Source of the DNA: an uncultured Bacilli bacterium
GTDB taxonomy: Bacteria > Bacillota_I > Bacilli_A > RF39 > UBA660
Direction of reading: 5' to 3'
NCBI GenBank assembly: GCA_947632275.1
Contig: CANROR010000002.1
Coordinates: 1 to 39,716 of the forward strand
Length of the DNA stretch: 39,716 nucleotides
This document shows positions 36,593 through 39,716 of the stretch, piece after piece; position 1 is the stretch's first letter, and every line of letters begins with the position of its first letter. The notes under the pieces are model-generated. The model was given only the letters and a program-made list of their open reading frames with translations. It made no database searches and was not told the DNA's origin. A program made the position numbers and the translations under genes.

Positions 36593-37781
36593 AGTTTATT
36601 TAAAAAAATTTTTACTTAAAGTCTTTTTGATAATACTAATATTTTGTAGTATTTCTTTAGGGTTAATAACTTTGACCCAAAACTTAATTAATGCAAATAT
36701 TAATCAAAAAATGAGTGCTATTGTGGCTAAAATTGAAGAAAAATATCCCCTTATTACGGAAGAAGAAATCATGGATATTATTAATAGTGAAGAAGTAAAT
36801 AATAATTTATTTTTAAAATATGGCATAACTTTAGAAGATAATTTAGTAAAAACTAATGCTAATGTTTATCAAGTTTTTAGTATTTTAAACATTATTAATT
36901 TGTTATTACTAGGTAGTAGTTTAATTTATTTATTTTTACGATATGAAAAAAGAATAAATAGAGAAATAAAAAAGATAACTAAATACTTACATGCTTTAAA
37001 TAAGCAAATATTTAATTTAGAATTAGATAGTTATACCGAAGATGAATTATCAATTTTAAAAAATGAAATTTATAAAATAACGATTATGTTAAAAGAAAAA
37101 AATCTTAATTTAGGCCAAGATAAAAAACATTTAAAAGAATCTTTAGAAGATATATCACATCAATTAAAAACCCCTTTAACAAGTATGACAATTATGTTAG
37201 ATAATTTATTAGATGAAGAAAAAGATAAACAAAAACAAGAATTTTTACATGATATTAAAAGAGAAGTAAATAATTTAAATTTTTTAGTCCAATATTTATT
37301 AAAATTAGCCCGATTTGATGCGCAAGCAATAACTTTAAAAAAAGAAAAGATAAATGTCAACAAGTTATTAAAAGAAGTAAAACAAAATCTGTCAGCTTTA
37401 AGTGATTTAAAAAATATTAAAATCAATATTAAAGGTAATCAAGATGTTTCTTTTCAGGGAGATTTCTATTGGGAAAAAGAAGCTTTAACTAATATTTTAA
37501 AAAATGCATTAGATTATTCTAATATAAATCAAAAAGTTAATATAACTTATACGGAAAATAAAGTTTATACTTTAGTTACTTTGGAAAACTATAAGGTCAT
37601 GGCTAAAGAAGATGTGGCGCATGTTTTTGAAAGGTTTTATAAAGGAAGTAATTCTTCTATCGAAAGTGCCGGGATTGGCCTAGCCTTAGCCAAAACTATT
37701 ATTGAAAAAGATAATGGTTCAATCAAAGTCGAAACGACTGATAAAAGTACTAAATTTATGATAAAATACTTTAAATTATAA
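36585..37781 (+). CDS. Sensor histidine kinase (2 TM, HisKA + HATPase_c)
   Basis: H-box ISHQLKTPLTSM, N-box NILKNALDYS, F/G boxes FERFYKG and GIGLALAK. 8-nt overlap with the RR gene. Confidence 0.9.
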   Translation: MNKVYLKKFLLKVFLIILIFCSISLGLITLTQNLINANINQKMSAIVAKIEEKYPLITEEEIMDIINSEEVNNNLFLKYGITLEDNLVKTNANVYQVFSILNIINLLLLGSSLIYLFLRYEKRINREIKKITKYLHALNKQIFNLELDSYTEDELSILKNEIYKITIMLKEKNLNLGQDKKHLKESLEDISHQLKTPLTSMTIMLDNLLDEEKDKQKQEFLHDIKREVNNLNFLVQYLLKLARFDAQAITLKKEKINVNKLLKEVKQNLSALSDLKNIKINIKGNQDVSFQGDFYWEKEALTNILKNALDYSNINQKVNITYTENKVYTLVTLENYKVMAKEDVAHVFERFYKGSNSSIESAGIGLALAKTIIEKDNGSIKVETTDKSTKFMIKYFKL

Positions 37782-37816
37782 AAAAATAATAGTAAAATAT
37801 TACTAGGAGGTTTAAT

Positions 37817-38497
37817 GTGAAGAAATTAAGTATATTACTTGCCATATTCTTGGTAATGTTTAATCTGACGGGTTGTCAAAGAGAGGAAAAAGAAGAGATA
37901 AAACCAATGCTAGATGCTTTAAAGTTTAAGGAAGAATATGAAAGCTTAAATAGTGATGATAACTATCGGAATATTACGATTAATGAAACTAATCCTTTTG
38001 TTTATACAACCGGCAGTGATATCGTGGAAAGAATCAACAATGGTGAAACTTTTTATGTTTATTTTGGTTCGCAATATTGTCCTTGGTGTCGGAGTGTGAT
38101 TGAAAAAACAATTGAAGCGGCGAATAAAAATAATGTTACCAAAATCTATTATGTCAATATTTGGGGCAATGATCATGAAGAAATCATTCGGGATAAATAT
38201 GAAATAAATAGTAAGGGTAAGTTAGAACAAACTATTAAAGGCCAAGATGGATACGATGAATTATTAAAACTTTTAGATAATGTTTTAAGCGATTATACTT
38301 TAACCAATAGTAAAGGTAAAAAGGTTAAAGTCGGCGAAAAAAGAATTATGGCACCGAACTTTATCTATATTGAAAATGGTAAAGCTATTAAATTAGTAAG
38401 TGGTATCTCAGATAAACAAAAGAAATCAAGCGATGAATTAACTAGTGAAATCTTAAAAGATGAAGAAAAAATATTAACTGAATTTTTTGCTAATTAA
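37817..38497 (+). CDS. Thioredoxin-fold lipoprotein with intact CPWC active site
   Basis: Lipobox NLTGC, FGSQYCPWCRS motif. AGGAGG SD 6 nt before the GTG start. Paralog of 3934..4680. Confidence 0.75.
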   Translation: MKKLSILLAIFLVMFNLTGCQREEKEEIKPMLDALKFKEEYESLNSDDNYRNITINETNPFVYTTGSDIVERINNGETFYVYFGSQYCPWCRSVIEKTIEAANKNNVTKIYYVNIWGNDHEEIIRDKYEINSKGKLEQTIKGQDGYDELLKLLDNVLSDYTLTNSKGKKVKVGEKRIMAPNFIYIENGKAIKLVSGISDKQKKSSDELTSEILKDEEKILTEFFAN

Positions 38498-38536
38498 AAA
38501 TAAAAACTAATAAAGATTATTTTTATTAGCAGTAAT

Positions 38537-38567
38537 AAGGAGTGAAAAATAAAAAACACTCCTTTTT
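38537..38567 (+). terminator. Intrinsic terminator
   Basis: AAGGAGTG / CACTCCTT stem, 12-nt A-rich loop, T5. Confidence 0.7.
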
Positions 38568-38699
38568 AAGTGAAAAAAGATAAAAAATAAGGAACTAAAA
38601 AAATTTTTTCGCAAAGTAAGAAAAACGATAACAAGTAAAAGGAAATCTGTAAAACCGCCCAAAACCAGAAATAAAAAACTTTTCAAAATAGGAAAAATA

Positions 38700-39716
38700 T
38701 CATATAATTAGGATGTCAAATCTTAATTGAAAGTTTTTACTTTCTATAAGGTTTATTGTATTAGAAATAAGTTCTGTGAGAATCGAGAAACTTATTTCTT
38801 TTATTTTGCCTTGAAAAGAATCAACAACCTTAGAACCTAAATCAAGTAATTGTCTTATAGTATGAGCAAATTGAATAAAGAAATAATGAGCTTTCATAGC
38901 ATTGTAGTTTAAAGAACACATATGAGTAATATCAAAGTAAATATTTTTTTGATTATTAAAACCTTGATTTTCAATTTTCCAACGTCTACGCCCTAATAGA
39001 ACAATTTCTTTAATATTAGTATCATCAATAGGAATATTAGTAATATAAGTAAAAATTTTATCTTTTTCATTAGGTGGAGATTTTTCAATAAATCTAACAA
39101 TATTAAAAACACATTTGTTATATTTATAATCATTAACTAAATAGTAGTTATCAAGTTTAGAACCTTTATCAATAGAAATGATACCATCAAAATCTTGATT
39201 AACAGTTTTTAATTTATCAGATTTTAAACGAAAGATGTAATCCCAATTATTATCTAAACAAAGTTTAATAAAAGGACCAGAAGCATATAAAGCATCAGCA
39301 GTAATAATAAATTTTAATTTAGGAAAATTCTTTTTGATTCTTTTCGCCATTCTTTTAAAAGCATTTATTTCACAATCTTGCTTTTTTAAGTTAATCACAG
39401 AAGGGTCAGGATTTTCAATAAATTCAGAATCAAGAGAAATAACAAAAGTATCAAAAACAAGTTTAGCTTCTAAAACTTGGTGCTCATAAGTTTTAGTACC
39501 ATCTTTATGTTGTTTAACAATACAATGATCACAGTGTTTGTAATTAAAAGTAACAAGACCAGTGCCATCAACAAGAATTTGAAATTTACCATTGTATCTA
39601 AATTTATCAAACATTTTAGAACGAATTAAAGCATAAACGATATATTTTTGAATTTTTCTTAATTCATCAATATTTAAATCATCAAAAATATCGTTAATAG
39701 TATCATAATGAGGTAA
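38700..39716 (-). mobile_element. IS4-family (DDE_Tnp_1) transposase ORF, N-terminus beyond the window end
   Basis: ILVDGTG, ITADALYASG, GRRRWKIENQGFNNQK (Y-R-E-K region). The frame stays open upstream of the listed Met to base 39716. IS ends not identifiable with only one side visible. Confidence 0.75.

Noticed and set aside
2703-38176. Twenty-odd 60-117-aa ORFs in the supplied track lie inside or antisense to longer genes: 2703-2915(-), 2707-2904(+), 3951-4226(-), 6324-6602(-), 7168-7410(+), 15047-15307(-), 25372-25590(-), 26325-26528(-), 26866-27096(-), 28222-28434(-), 29115-29342(-), 29406-29600(-), 29937-30290(-), 30968-31150(-), 32021-32257(-), 33006-33287(-), 35369-35590(-), 36226-36474(-), 37160-37426(-), 37946-38176(-).
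   Set aside because: All overlap well-supported genes with clear family motifs. Their translations are low-complexity (Ile/Phe/Lys/Ser-rich) shadows typical of AT-rich DNA, and they lack a convincing SD.
1-39716. CRISPR arrays, rRNA genes, prophage structural genes, integrases and classical defence genes (RM, CBASS, retron RT, etc.).
   Set aside because: I saw no regularly spaced direct repeats, no rRNA-like conserved stretches, and no ORF with the corresponding motifs.

Overview
Low-GC chromosome segment using the standard genetic code (TGA is a stop). The gene content is Bacillota-like: dnaD-nth synteny, spoVS, a CotF-like pair, class I aldolase, family II CBS-pyrophosphatase. It looks like Erysipelotrichales or related low-GC Bacilli, but the genus cannot be determined from sequence alone. 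I support about 43 protein genes, 2 tRNAs (both encode CCA), several intrinsic terminators and a few near-consensus sigma-A promoters. There is no CRISPR array and no rRNA. Housekeeping blocks are acyl-CoA ligase/plsC, miaB, scpAB, fda, a cca-like gene, dnaD-nth, uvrB, ppaC and a clpC-like gene. Accessory-looking material sits between them and carries the most interesting signals. (1) A candidate type I toxin-antitoxin locus lies in the 'empty' spacer at 31.75-32.03 kb: a 27-aa hydrophobic peptide with a perfect SD, a convergent antisense sRNA, and a 5'/3' mRNA-closing inverted repeat. (2) A (TA)11 tract forms the whole 17-nt spacer of a TTGAAT/TATAAT promoter in front of a GLUG-repeat surface protein, suggesting phase variation. 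(3) Two translationally coupled paralogous winged-helix + metallophosphoesterase genes follow a mini-ORF/terminator leader; one paralog keeps the metal ligands and the other has lost them. (4) A fic gene is translationally coupled to uvrB and diverges from a signal-less C3-like ADP-ribosyltransferase plus a small membrane protein. Smaller observations: an active and a dead thioredoxin-fold paralog, a ClpC-like protein with a degenerate second AAA+ module, a half-length CCA-enzyme homolog, and an IS4-type transposase truncated by the right window edge. All functional calls come from motif recognition by eye; no database search was run.
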